A DNA stretch of 41,764 bases from Mobula birostris (lineage: Eukaryota): NCBI RefSeq assembly GCF_030028105.1, contig NC_092370.1, positions 207,062,005 through 207,103,768 of the forward strand. The letters run 5' to 3'. The notes beneath the pieces are model-generated. The model did no database searches. It had not been told where the DNA came from and saw only the letters and a list, made by a program, of their open reading frames with translations. Shown one piece after another: positions 10,841 through 23,424 of the stretch (the stretch's first letter is position 1; the number at the start of each line of letters is the position of its first letter). A program made the position numbers and the translations under genes.

Positions 10841-11778
10841 TCTTTAATACTGAACACGTTGCACTGAATTACTGATTACCACTCAATTTTCCCTTGGCTA
10901 TTTAGTGCAGTTCACAGAAACTTTTATATTTCCATGGATTAGCCATTTCATTTCCAAACTGAAAATTCAAGGTACTCTTTAAATATGAAAAATGGTGAAA
11001 GGCAACTTCTCTGAATTCACTGAAATAAAGTCAATCCCTCCAGCTCCATCCATTCCCACCCAGCATTTAAAGCACTTGGGAAATACATATGTTAGCAGGC
11101 CAAGGGAGCTAAATATCATACTCATTACATTAGGTTACCTGCATAATAAAAAGGTCAATATCACCTTGCTGAAAGCCACTTTCTCCCCCAACAATGATGC
11201 CTTTTACTGTTAATTACCAATTTTTTTTGTTGTAATTTAGAGCTGTGATTTCTTATCTGCTATTCCACAATACCTTTTGGCAAAGAAATAGGCTAATGAT
11301 ATGTTTAACCTAAACATCTTTAGGTTAAGGCAAAGAGTCCCCAGTAATGGCATCACTTCTTAAACTCAGTCAGTGATACTTTACTGGCAGAGCAATTATA
11401 TTGTGATGAATGCCAAATAATCTTTCAAAAAATTAAAGATTTAAGAAAATCAAATATTTAGCAACTATGCTGCGAAAGATTAATCAAATTTCCATCAATG
11501 ACTTACTATGCCTGCTCATGTAAAAAATTACATTTCAGATCACGTGAGAAATGCAAGGGAAAGTGAGCAGTGACGTTTCACTATGTCCGTGCAGGGACGT
11601 TTGCTAGTGCCACCTGGGAAGGCTTCAACTAATGTGGAAAGGAATGTAAACCTGAGTAGCTGGGGAGATCAATCATAGAGATCAAGTCAAGCAAGTTCAG
11701 TAGGAAGAACAGACAGGGTCAGATCAATAAACATGGTGGGACTAATGGTCTCGAATGTATTTATTTTAATACAAAAGT

Positions 11779-14432
11779 GGGGGATTTTAACCAGGCCAAT
11801 CCGAAAAAAAATTAGTAAACAATTACCATTAATAGATCACTTGCAATACCAAAGGAAACAACATCCTGGACCATTGTTACACTACCAAGGATGCCTATCG
11901 TACTATTCCACGTCCTCACTTTCAGAAATCTGATCACCTGGCTGTACTTCTACTCCCTGAGCATAGGCAGAGACTGAAGACTGCAGCACCAGTAGTGAGG
12001 ACCAGGAAGGTATGGACAAGAGAAGCACAGGAGTGATTATAGGACTGCTTTGAATCGGTGGATTGGACTGTATTCAGGGATTCATTTTTGAATCAGGATG
12101 AGTATGCTGCTGTTGTTACTGACTTCATTAAAACCTGTGTGGATGAGTGTGTGCCTACAACGTCTTGCTGTACATTCCCAAACCAAAAGCCGTGGATGAA
12201 CCAGGAGGTACGTCGTCTGCTGAAGGCTAGATGTATGGCATTCAAGGTTGGTGACCCAGGTCTGTACCAGAAAACAAGGTATGACTTGCAAAGTACTATT
12301 TCAAGGGTGAAGAGACAATTTCGAATGAGGTTGGGGGCGACATCAGATGTACGGCAACTCTGGCAGGGTTTGCAAGACATTACTTCCTACAAAGCGAAAA
12401 CCAATAGCATGAATGGGAGCGATGCTTCACTACCAAATGAACGCAACGCTTTCTATGCCCGCTGTGAAGATCCCTGCTGCACCTGATGTCCCTGTGATCG
12501 CTGTCTCGGAGGTCAATGTTAGACTGTCTTTCAAGAGGGTGAACCCTCGTAAGGTGGATGGCCCCGACGGAGTACCTGGTAAGGCTCTGAAAACTTGTGC
12601 CAACCATCTGGTGGGAGAATTCAAGGACATTTTCAACCTCTCACTGCTACGGGTGGAAGCTGCCACTTGCTTCAAAAAGGCAACAACTATACCAGTACAT
12701 AAGAAGAGTAACGTGAACTGCCTTAATGACCATCTCCCAGCAGCACTCACATCTACAATGATGAAATGCTTTGAGAGGTTGGTCATTGCTAGACTCAACT
12801 CCTGCCTCAGCAAGGACCTGGACCTACTGCAATTTGCTTATCGCCACAATAGATCAATGGCAGACACAATCTCAATGGCTCTTCACACGGTCTTAGACCA
12901 CCTGGACAACACCTACATCAGGATGCTGTTCATCAACTATAGCTCAGCATTTAACACCATCATTCCCACAATCCTGATTGAGAAGCTGCAGAACCTGGGC
13001 CTCTGTACCTCCCTCTGCAATTAGATCCTTGACTTTCTAACCAGAAGACAACAATCTGTGCAGATTGCTGATAATATCTTCTCCTTGCTGACGATCAACA
13101 CTGGTGCACCTCAGGGCATATGTTTAGTCCACTGCTCTACTCTCTCTTTATCCATGACTGTGTGGCTAGGCATAACTCAAATACCATCTATAAATTTGCT
13201 GACTATACAACCATTGTTGGTAGAGTCTCAGATGGTGAAGAGAGGGCATACAGGAGTGAGATATGCCAACTAGTGGAATGGTGTTGCAGCAACAACCTTG
13301 CACTCAATGTCAGTAAGATGAAAGACCTGATTGTGGACTTCAGGAAGAGTAAGATGAAGGAGCACATACCAATCCTCAGAGGGATCAGAAGTGGAGAGAG
13401 TGAGCGGTTTCAAGTTCCTGGGTGTCAAGATCTCCGAGGACCTAATGTGGTCCCAACACATCAATGCAACTATAAAGGCGGCAAGACAGCAACTATACTT
13501 CATTAGGAATGTGAAGAGATTTCGAATGTCAACAAAAACACTCAAAAACGTCTATAGATGACCTGTGGAGAGCATTCTGAGAGGCTACATCACTGTCTGA
13601 TATTGGGGGGGGGGGGGGGGGGAGTTGCTATTGCACAGGACCAAAAGAAGCTGCAGAGGGTTGTAAATTTAGTCAGCTCCATCTGGGTATTAGGCTTCAA
13701 AGTACCCAAGAGATCTTCAAGGAGCGGTGTCTCAGAAAGGTAGAGTCCATTATTAATGATCCCCAGTACCCAGGGCATGCCCTTTTCTCATTGTTACCAT
13801 AAGGTAGGAGATACAGAAACCTGAAGGCACACACTCACCGATTCAGGGAACCACTTCATCCACTCAGCCGTCTGATTCCTAAATGGACATTGAACCCGTG
13901 AACACTACTTCACTTTTTCAAGATGTATTATTTCTGTTTTCGGCAAGATTTTTAATCTCTAATATACATATAGAAACATAGAAAACCTACGGCACAATAC
14001 AGGCCCTTCGGCCTATAATGCTGCGCCGAACATATACTTACTTTAGAAATTACCTAGGGTGACCCATAGCTCTCTATTTTTCTAAGCTCCGTGTACCTTA
14101 AATCCAGGAGTCTCTTAAAAGACTCTATTGTATCCACTTCCACCACCATCGCTAGCAGCCCATTCCACGCACTCAACACTCTCTGTGTAAAAACTTACCC
14201 CTGACATCTCCTCTGAACCTCCTTCCAAGCACCTTAAAACTGTGCCCTCTCCTGCCAGCCATTTCAGTCCTGGGAAACAGCCTCTGACTATCCACATGAT
14301 CAATACCTCTTATCATCTTATGCACTTCAATATACTATTTATTTATACTTCTACATTATGTATTGCATTGAACTGCTGCTGCAAAGTTAACAAATTTCAC
14401 AACACATGCTGGCAATAATAAACCTGATTCTG
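11779..14432 (+). mobile_element. Rex1/Babar-like LINE, 5'-truncated (APE end plus RT), inactive
   Basis: GDFNQAN, KSDHLAVLL, FPNQKPWMN, GPDGVPGKALK, QFAYRHNRS, TGAPQG and KFADYTTIVG (FADD decayed). Tail ends AATAATAAACCTGATTCTGA. Several frameshifts and stops. Confidence 0.92.
13968..14328 (-). mobile_element. CR1-type LINE 3' fragment nested in the Rex 3' UTR
   Basis: Reverse of ...GAAGGGCCTGTATTGTGC...TTCTATGTTTCTATA tail. Candidate TSD AATATAC at 13961-13967 and 14329-14335. Confidence 0.8.
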
Positions 14433-14694
14433 AATAAGGCAAATGAGCTTAAAGTGTAGATTAGTACATGGAACTGCAATGCCGTAACCATTACAGAACA
14501 GCAGGTCGGTAGCCCATCATTCCAGGGTTTCGACATTTTCTGACATTGTATGTGATGCTAAAGAGGTGGCAAGGTTATATTATTGATTAGAAAGAATATT
14601 ACATCTACAAGTAGAGAGGACATCTTGTAGAACCTATCCAGCAAGGCCGTACAAGCGGAGTCAGGAAAAATAACTATTATGGTTTTATACTCTA

Positions 14695-15100
14695 GGACAG
14701 CATTCAGACTAGCAGCACCACCGTATGGTACTGGGCCTCCAATGCACAGTTTGCAGAGAGTTGTAGACTCAGCCAGTTCCATCATGGGCACAACCCTCCC
14801 TGCTATCGAGGACATCTTCAACGGATGGTGATTCAAGCCAGTAACTTCCATCATTAAAAACCATCACCATCCAAAACATGCCCTCTTTGAATTACTACCA
14901 TCAGGAATCCCGAAGACCCATATACAACATCTGCAAAACCGCTTCTTCCACTGGACCATCAGATTTCTGAATAGCCCATGATTCAATGAATGCTTTCTCC
15001 TTATTTTGAAATTTAAAGTAACTTGTATGTCTCGTACTGTACTGCTGCCATAAAACAATAAATTTCATGAAATATGTCTGTGATAAATTTGATTTTGATA
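14695..15100 (+). mobile_element. Rex1/Babar-like 3' fragment
   Basis: LQRVVDSASSIMGTTLPAIEDIF motif and a tail ending TGATAAATTTGATTTTGAT. Confidence 0.7.
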
Positions 15101-15694
15101 CTATGCCAGCAATAGAGGTACAATTATGTAGCTATAATCACAGAAAGATATAAAAACAGAATTGTTGTAGATGGTGACTTCAACATCCCCAATTTTGACT
15201 AGGACTTTCTTAGTGGAGGAATTTGTTAGGAACATCTAGGAAGGTTTCTTGAATTAATATGTAGGTTGTCTGAGGGAAGGGACATACTAGTGCCTTCGTC
15301 ATGACTGCATGAATGTGTTGGCCCACAACTCAATTATCTAAGATGCTGACCTGGAACTTGAAACTACCCATCCTTTCCACGACTGACCCCTCAATGAGGA
15401 CTTTCCCTCCCTTAATCTTGAGCCTGCTGTTACTTATAGACAGAGATGCTGCCATCTCCCTTGCAAGATCCCAAACTATTACCCCAAACCATAATTTGTC
15501 TAGGGCCACTCCAAAGTAATTTGAAGCAAACCTAAATTGAAATTCAACAAGTGAGCAGCCAGGCACTACTCTGTATGCCAACCGGGCAAACGTAATAAAA
15601 TCAAATGTCAAATGAATATTAAGAATGCCCATCTATTTCGAAAATATAATGCCAAATTTTCAGAAATCCCCTCAAAGAGGACACTAGTTCTTAC

Positions 15695-15798
15695 TTGAAC
15701 ATAGCAAGATCAGCCAACTTTCCTTGACTGAGCAAAACAGTGAAGATCGCTTTATCTGGTTGTCAAATATGTTAATCAGCTCTTTGCCATTTATGAAC
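15695..15798 (-). other. candidate internal (5' UTR?) exon of the gene starting at the CpG island
   Basis: Acceptor CTCCTCTTCCACAG| and donor CAA|GTAAGA bound 104 bp of non-repetitive sequence. No recognisable protein. Confidence 0.4.
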
Positions 15799-16859
15799 CT
15801 GTGGAAGAGGAGCACGCTGTCAATTCCACAAGAATCACTGTTTTGAATTCAGTGAAAGCAGTGATGAGCTCACATGCAGCATCAGTCTAAACTCTCATTA
15901 CTTTTCTGAAAAAACCCTCAGTGATACTAGCTTCTGCAGCACCAATCTTAACATAGCCCACAGAAAAGAAAACTTGCTTTTAGATGATTACTTAGTTTCC
16001 TCAATTTCAACATGGGCTATCGCATGCCACAACAAAGACAATTTCCAGGATGCACGTACACTCGCAAAAGGAACACGCTAGCCAGTATGAGCTTGTTAAT
16101 CCAAGTTCTTTAAAAATTCTGCAGAACCACCACCTAAATCTGTACTACTCACAAATGTGTGCCATATTATTGCTCATTGTATATATTTTAAAAACTTTCG
16201 ATTCATGGATCTTAGAATCAAAGAGGATCTGAAAGTTGCATTAACTAACGGTCGAGCTGCATCCTTAAGTCACAATTATTAACTGTAAACGCTTATGGCT
16301 AAGTTCTGATGTAAAAATTGATCCGAAATATTGGCCGTTTCGTGTTCCATTGATATTGCTGCGTACGGCAGTCAAATTTGAAACTGCCTTCTTATATATT
16401 CTGTGCTCTTTACTTTGTACTTTGTACTATTTTTCCACAATTGAAACATCAACTAAGAACAGATTGAGGCGACAATTTCAAACCGCAGCCGCTAGCAATT
16501 CTGTACGAGATTTGCTGAACACGCCAAGTGATGCAAGCAGCAGTTACCCTGCAAAGCAAGTGTCACTGGCGTTCTCATTTTACAAGGAAATGAGTCAATT
16601 ACACCACCGCCAGCCCCTCGGACAGGCCACAAAATATACTGACAAGCTTTGCCCTACCATATACAACATTCAGTTACTTGATGTTGGTAGCTCTAAAAGA
16701 AAATTCAACGCACAAATATAATTAAGTGATCTGTCAAACATCGAAACATCCAGGGACACTTCCAGAAAAAGAACGTCAGTACAGCAGTAGCCTCAAAGTA
16801 AACCTGCAGCTGTGCATGCTACTCATTTCACTGAACAAGGAAAACAATAATTGCAAAAC

Positions 16860-17545
16860 CTCGCCGTATGCTCCGCAAAGATTCATTACATCAACAGCTT
16901 AGACAACAATCAAAACAGCGAGTCGTCATCCCATATCCTCACCTCCGTCCGTACAACCGGTTGCCGTTTGCCTCAAAATCACGGTCCAATCTCCGTGAGG
17001 AGTTGTGCAGCAGGCGGCCTTTCTTGTCACGTTGGGGTGGGGAGGGGATGGCGATAACGGGGCCGGTGATGTGGTGCCCTTCGCCTTCCTCCCGACAAAT
17101 CGCCTCCCTAGCGGGCCGGGCTGGATCCCTGAGCCGGTTAAACTACAGTCAACCAGCACGGACACACTAGTAGGACGTCATGTCACCCTGAGCTGGGGGT
17201 ATAATATGTTACTGTGATAGGGAAGAGATAGTATTTTCATGCAAACTACCCTTCACGCCAATGTTCCAGATTTTTCTCAACGATGCCCACCCACCTCGAT
17301 ACGCCCCAACTCCCGTGGTTTCACAGTAAAAGATGGCGCCTCCTCCCTACCCACAGTGCTCAGCCCGATGGCTTTGACATCACCCGGCCGGCCGGCTCGC
17401 CCCGCTCCGCCTCGCCCGCCCGGCTTCGCGCATCAGCATCCTCACCCGTCTAGCGACGAAATGCACTCGGTGTTTGTGCCCCCGGCGGAGCACGTCTGCT
17501 CTCAGCTTGCTGCATTCACACATGCAACGCCCCTTTAAATTGTGG
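16860..17545 (-). promoter_or_regulatory. CpG island promoter with candidate non-coding first exon(s), probably KLC1 by synteny
   Basis: Strong local CpG/GC enrichment. GC-box-like runs at 17400-17422, a YY1-type AAGATGGCG at about 17330, TGACATCA at about 17375 and CCAAT at about 16987. Minus-strand donors GACGG|GTGAGG (17446) and GGAG|GTGAGG (16943). In human, KLC1 follows COA8 on the same strand. Confidence 0.7.
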
Positions 17546-17919
17546 ACACTGCACTCGGCCTGCAGTTACATCATAGTTTCAAATGAACAATGGCGTCCCG
17601 ATGTGGAGCTTCAACCCCAAACGTCAGCAATTCATTCTCTCTTCGCCATCCCCCCACCCCACCCCGCAAGACGCTGCTCGACCTATTGAGTTCGTCCAGA
17701 TTCCAGCTTGCCGGTCACTGTACTCTCAAATCAATTGACTACTGTTGTATTCTATGCGAAAGAATGGAGATAACGATTTGAAGCAATGGGGCAGGCGGTT
17801 TTCACACTTAATCGCATCCTCAGCCTTAAAACTTTTCAATCCACTTTGGCAACAGCACAGATGCCAGAGACGTGCTGACATTGTATCACTGACTTAGATG
17901 CCATACATGGATGCTTACG

Positions 17920-18520
17920 GATATCATAGAATCATGAATGGCTTCATAACTCGAAGAGCCACTCTCTAATTCTGTCCCTACTCTTTCTCTGTAGCCTAAG
18001 ACATTTTCTTCCCATGTATTTATCGAATTCCCGCGTTCTTGATTTCAACCTCATGCCACATAAAAAAGATTTTCATCGTGTACTCTCGATTATTTTCCCC
18101 TTCATTTTTTAGTTATAGCATCTGATCCTTGACATCATAATTAAAGGTAAGAGCCCTTCCACTATTCGCTTTATCCAGACTCCTCATTATGTAATACACC
18201 TCCAGTAAAGGTCTGCACAAAGGACAAACCCCTAGTGTTATCTAAAGAAAACAATCCCATCCTTTCTAATCTAGGCTCTCAATCTTTTCTGGACCCACTT
18301 CAATGCCTGTGTATCCTTCCTATAAAAGAGATAAGTAGAATTGCTTCTTAAAGATTTATTAAGCAAGGCACAAACGAATTTCTGGAACAATCAGCAGAAA
18401 TTTATTTTGGGAAGGTCATGACATTATTTGATTGAATTGAGATAGGTCAATGAGGCCTGTGCATTGGATGTAGGCTACAATGACCTTAGCAAGACTTTGG
18501 ACATTATTCCAAATGTTTTT
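17920..18520. mobile_element. decayed CR1-type fragments
   Basis: CATAGAATCAT tail-like start, and LDVGYNDLSKTLD resembling the CR1 RT motif VDVVYMDFSKAFD. Confidence 0.45.
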
Positions 18521-18589
18521 TTACATGGATTAGTTCATGCCTCAATTCCACTCAGCTCCATTTCCTGAACTCGTTTTCCTGTTATGTTA

Positions 18590-19160
18590 ATGACCATATT
18601 GATGCTGCTTCTCACACTCAATCAGAACTTGAAATTTTCTATCCTGCTTTTATTTTCACATGGTTCATCTTTTACTCTTCCCTTTGTAGATCTCTCTGTC
18701 TCCCTCTCAGGAGTTAGGCTCGTGATTACAAACCTACATACTCCCACAGCTATCTGTATTCCTGTCCATTCCACCTAGCCTCCAGTAAAAACTCTATTCC
18801 ATTTTCCCAGTATTCAATCACCATTGATAAGTCTTTCCACATGAGTGCCTCTAAGATTTCTTTCTTCTTCCTGAACTGTGGCTTCCTTCCATCATTCTCA
18901 ACACCACCATTAAGCATTTATTTCTTGTTCTCATCCGCCTTCCTCCTAAACAGAGGAGGAATACAATTCTCTGTTCCTCACTTTCCACCTACCACCTTCA
19001 ACAAGATCACATCATCAGACAGACCCTTGTCTGATTTCCCCTTTCAGCATTTCAAAGATAGTGTTCCCTTTGGACTTCCAGGTCTTCTCTTTTATCTTTT
19101 CGACCATTTCCCATATGATAATTTTCCATACTACTGCAGGACAGCCTTTATCCCACTGTT
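18590..19160 (+). mobile_element. decayed PLE RT/linker fragment
   Basis: TLPFVDLSVSLSG...YKPTYSHSYLYS...KNSIPFSQ is typical of the PLE RT thumb region. Confidence 0.65.
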
Positions 19161-20324
19161 ATCACACTTAAATGGATCTCTTGTATCATAAGATGGACTC
19201 TTGACGTCACAATCTACCTCCTTATGATCTTATATTTTGTTTACCTGAACAGTATTTTTCCAGTAGGTTTTACACTTTATTCTGCATTCTTATTGTTCTA
19301 CCTTATTCTCGCTCAATGCACTACAAGGCAAACTTTTCACTGTATCATGGTACAATAATAAACCAATACCAATCCTTTCTTTACTGCAATCCATGGTGGG
19401 AGCACTTTTCCTTTTGTACTTCTAAATAATGCAGATTCGTTGTGAATAGTATTTTATATTATTCTATATTTAATAATGCAACTTTAGAAATACAATGCTT
19501 CTTAAAGAATAACTTGGAGACATGCAGTTTCATGAAATATATATAATAAATACTTCATATCCACATCTATAATCCTACTTGGCCTTCCTTGTCATTTTAT
19601 ATTTGGCTAAGATGGCTCAAGAGGAATAATGTCTAGTCAAGTGATAAATCAATTTAAATGTTACATAACTATTCTTCATGTTTGTGAAAATAACATAGAG
19701 GTCACTTAAGATTTTTTTCAGTTTGATAAAATCATTTGACTTAATTTTATTCTCTTACTGTAAACAAACCAAGAAAAAATGTTTAACTGATATAAAACTG
19801 TATTTTTAAATGCAGGATTCTGCTACATAAGACACCCTTAATACTAAATACACATCTTGAATGTATGCAATGACTTTTTCAGGTCATCTGGTAGAATCTG
19901 TTGCCCCCTACTGACATACTCCATTACTGGCGGCAAAGTGTTCTATCTGGCAAGCCAGGTTAAGAAACAAACTGTTCAGTCCTAATTTGTACAACAGAAA
20001 CTGCATAAAGTACAGTAAGTACATCTTAAATCGCTAGTAGATGCATCCAGTTAACCTTTAAATATTTAATCACCAGTGCAGTTCAATATCTCAAACAAAT
20101 GCATCAACAATTTTCATTAGGTTTTAACTTTTAAAAGATTAGATAGTATTCTTTTGGGTAATTTAGGTGCTAAGTATGCATTTTGGATTTAACAATTAAG
20201 TTACATGATTGGTATTTAGGTCAAGTTTTAAACATTGATAAATTAACACTACACTAGTAATATTAAGCATATTTTTTTAATATTGATGTTAGTTCTGATC
20301 TTTAATATCTTTATTTTTCCCTTT

Positions 20325-21030
20325 CAGGGTTCTTTTGAAGACCCTGACCTGGAGTTACACCCCGACTTTGGTTCTTTGCGGGAATGGGACCCACTCTCGG
20401 GGTTTCATAACTGGCCATTTGTGTCTGGCATCCCATGGGCTCGGCTTAAGAGTCTGGCTCGATTTGGAAGCCTAGGATCTCGGGGCTCTGGAGATGGGTG
20501 GATCAAGGGTCAAAGTCACGGCAGGAGACCCATGTGTTGTCAGGGCAGTCGAAATATTTGCAGCTGTGTGCCCAGAGACCCAAGACCTTTGGGCACAGAA
20601 CTTGGGAAAAAAAAGCGACATAGCGGCCTTTTAACAAACAACTCAGTTGATGTTATGTCTTCCCTCTCGCTGTGAAAACCGAGATACCTCTTCTCCCTTA
20701 TTAGGGGGAGAGAGTACCTGTGATATGTCAAATACCGGGTGAAACATGAAGTCTTTGGGGTAACTGCAAGTCTGTGTCTTTGCTATTGCTTTGCTCACGC
20801 TGAGTCCTCAGTGGCAGGTGCCGATGCTTTTTTTTTTGCCGGTGGAGGGAGGGGGGTTGTTGCTTGCTGCCACTTACATGCGGGAGGGAGCTGGGGGGAA
20901 CTTTGCGGTTCTAACATTTAACTGTCGTTCATTTTTTGGGGCACTCCTCTGTTTTCGTGGATGGTTGCAAAGAAAAAGAATTTCAGGATGTATACTGTAT
21001 ACATTTCTCTGACATTAAATTGAACCTTTG
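20325..21030 (+). repeat. unclassified interspersed repeat, probably a non-autonomous retroelement
   Basis: Sharp GC/CpG-rich block in AT-rich surroundings, ending in a LINE-like tail (ATTAAATTGAACCTTTG). Confidence 0.45.
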
Positions 21031-21610
21031 GTTTATTACTAGAAAGGTGAATAATAACAGCTAAGTAATTCAAATATATATGTTGCAACTAATTATTATT
21101 TGATCTTTAAAATTCCTTACTACTTATTGAAGTATAGACGATCTCATGTTATTCAGGTTCACATTTATACTTCAAACAACAATAAAATAAAAATCAATTG
21201 GTCATATCTTCTTGGTATGGGATCTAACAGTTTGCTTACCATACACTTTACAAGCAATCATTATCCTGCATGCTTTTGCATGTTCTGGGACATGTACAGG
21301 ATGTGAGAAGAACTAAATGAATGTAATATTGCAATGAATTTGGTGAATGTTCTTTTCTTCCTTGACCTCACTAAGGAAATTTAATTTTCAAAGATCACAG
21401 CAATGGACTATGGTTGTATATTGTGGCAAATAACAGATTTGTTCTATTTTTCATTAGTGATTTTTAGCTATTGTTCAGTTATTGTTTCATTAGTGATTGT
21501 TTAATTAGTCTGAAGGTCTTCAGTTTCTGAACAATGCAATCAATTATTGTACTCTGGTAAAATACAAGAAAAACACAAATAGAATGCAATGTAAACAATA
21601 CATAACAAGT

Positions 21611-21616
21611 TTTATT
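21611..21616 (-). terminator. COA8: COA8 polyadenylation signal
   Basis: AATAAA on the minus strand about 130 nt after the stop codon, with T/GT-rich sequence downstream. Confidence 0.65.
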
Positions 21617-21745
21617 ATACTTTGATCACAATCGTATTTTAAGAATCCTTCACTGAGAAACATTTAGCGTATCACCAACACCCAAGTAGTTTCACAGAAC
21701 AATTAAATTCAAGCACTAAAATGTTTAGCTTCCAGTACAGGATCT

Positions 21746-21848
21746 TCATTGTCTGATTTCCTTCCTCCGTCTCAGTCTTCTCCAAGCATTTTGCAATACA
21801 GCTCGACCCATTAACCACGTGATAGTAAAATTACGTCTGTACCATTCC
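21746..21848 (-). CDS. COA8: cytochrome c oxidase assembly factor 8 (APOPT1), last coding exon
   Basis: (K)EWYRRNFTITWLMGRAVLQNAWRRLRRRKEIRQ* versus human [26 protein letters not shown] (recalled). Acceptor CTTCCTTCAATAAG|, phase 2. Confidence 0.95.
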
Positions 21849-22472
21849 CTTATTGAAGGAAGATGGGGGGAAAGGTTCTTTAATATCAAACAGCATTCAA
21901 CATATTTCAAAGTTAAAAGATACTTAATTCTGGCTTCATACATTAGAGCAAAACAATTTATCATATTGTTTTTGAGTATTTTTCTCTGCTTTCTAGTTTA
22001 AAAATATTATTTGTAAGGATATTAAAGTGAACAATTCTAAATACAATTTCTAATTTCAAGTGCACATTTTAAAATCACCATTTGTTTTCAAATCCCTATT
22101 GTTCACCTCAATAGAATTTTCTTTAGGTGAGGCTTCAGCCTCACCTTTTCTTTAGGTAAACACCCTTGAAAAGGCCAAAGGCATTTACATGTCACTGGTG
22201 TTCTACTCAAGCAACTTCCTTACGACTAGCAGAATTAAAGAGAGATCTCAATAGCAGATAAGTAGCGAAGGAGAGAAATTATAGGTAATCTTTTACTTAA
22301 TTGTTTGGAAACATACAATTATAATGACTGAAGAATTATAGTGAACTTATTCATTATGGCATGAAAGAACTTGTGCCTTAATACAGTTGCTGTTAATTTA
22401 TTTTCAGTCCTCTTTTTAAATTGCTTATATATTGTTTGCTCTAACTCAGAAGTGATAAATTGATTTACTTAC

Positions 22473-22563
22473 TTATTGTAGTTCACATGTTTTTCATAAT
22501 TTCTATTAAGAAACTCCTTGTAAAATTCAGCCATCTCTTCAGCAGTTAAAGTGTTTTTCCTCC
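22473..22563 (-). CDS. COA8: COA8 penultimate exon (91 bp)
   Basis: (G)[29 protein letters not shown](K) versus human [30 protein letters not shown]. Splice sites TTTCTAG| and |GTAAGT; phases join both neighbouring exons. Confidence 0.97.
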
Positions 22564-22864
22564 CTAGAAAAATATGGAAAATTGTGTAAGAAATCAAGTT
22601 TTAAATTATTAAACTTACTGCCCAATGACTCAAGGTGACCCAGTAGGATCGAGAAACATAACTCAATTCTGCTCATCATTTAGCCCTTGCTAACTAATTT
22701 CTAAACACACGCATAAAATATGGAAACAAATAAACATTCAATTAACTCTGGAACTCTCTCTCTCGACAATGAAATTTCCCAGCTAGGAAAAACAAAATAC
22801 CATTTCCCAAAAAGAAAATCAATTAAAATCATATTGTCTGGGAGCATACAAAGTTGAGTTTAAG

Positions 22865-23145
22865 GCCATAAGACATAGAAGCAGAAGCAGACCATTCAGC
22901 CCATCAAGTCTGCTCCATCATGGCTGTTTTATTATCCCTCTCAACCCCATTCTCCTGCTTTCTCCCTGTAACCTTTGACACTCTTAATAATCAAGAAACT
23001 ACCAAACTGTTTTAAATATACCCAATGATTTGACTTCCACAGCTGTCTGTGGCAATGAATTCTACAAATTCACCATCCTCTGGCTAAAGAAATTCCTCCT
23101 TACTTCTGTTTAAAGAAATGTGCTTCTGTTCTGAGGCTGTCCCTC
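22865..23145 (-). mobile_element. CR1-type LINE 3' fragment
   Basis: Reverse complement of the copy at 33305-33560 (AGGAATTTCTTTAGCCA...GATGGGC...TATGG tail). Confidence 0.75.
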
Positions 23146-23424
23146 AGAGCTGTACCGCAACTTCTCAAAAGTAGTGTACTAACAAAACAGCTATTAGTGA
23201 AACTTTACTCCCAAATTTAACCAGATTCAAAAGTAACAATGCATCTCGTAAAAATATTATCGTTTTAAAAATTATAGAGCTTGTAGAAATTGTTTGCAAA
23301 TTCTTCAACATTTCAGATGCCTTGTTTCAAATTGGAGGTTCCCAAACTGGGATCCAGATTGATGTGGCTTGGCTAACTTTTAACAGAATTACTTACTTCC
23401 TTTTCGGAAAAGTAATATTTTCAA

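Larger units (their letters stand above)
11730..15290 (+). mobile_element. old CR1 ORF2 (APE domain) fragment split by younger LINE insertions
   Basis: Pieces LECIYFN (about 11750-11775), NKANELKV*ISTWNCNAVTITE (14433 onward) and VVDGDFNIPNFD (about 15160-15200) follow the CR1 APE motif order. Confidence 0.6.

Noticed and set aside
13604-13622. Poly-G run as a functional G-quadruplex
   Set aside because: A slippage-prone homopolymer inside a dead LINE, and its length may be a sequencing artefact.
1-16860. KLC1 coding exons
   Set aside because: No kinesin light chain peptide was recognised, so no CDS is called.
17330-17380. AAGATGGCG as the start of a plus-strand gene
   Set aside because: The frame closes after 14 codons with no good donor, so it is better read as a YY1-type promoter motif.
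21849-21964. N-terminal part of the 72-aa ORF 21746-21964
   Set aside because: Intronic; only 21746-21848 is COA8 coding sequence.
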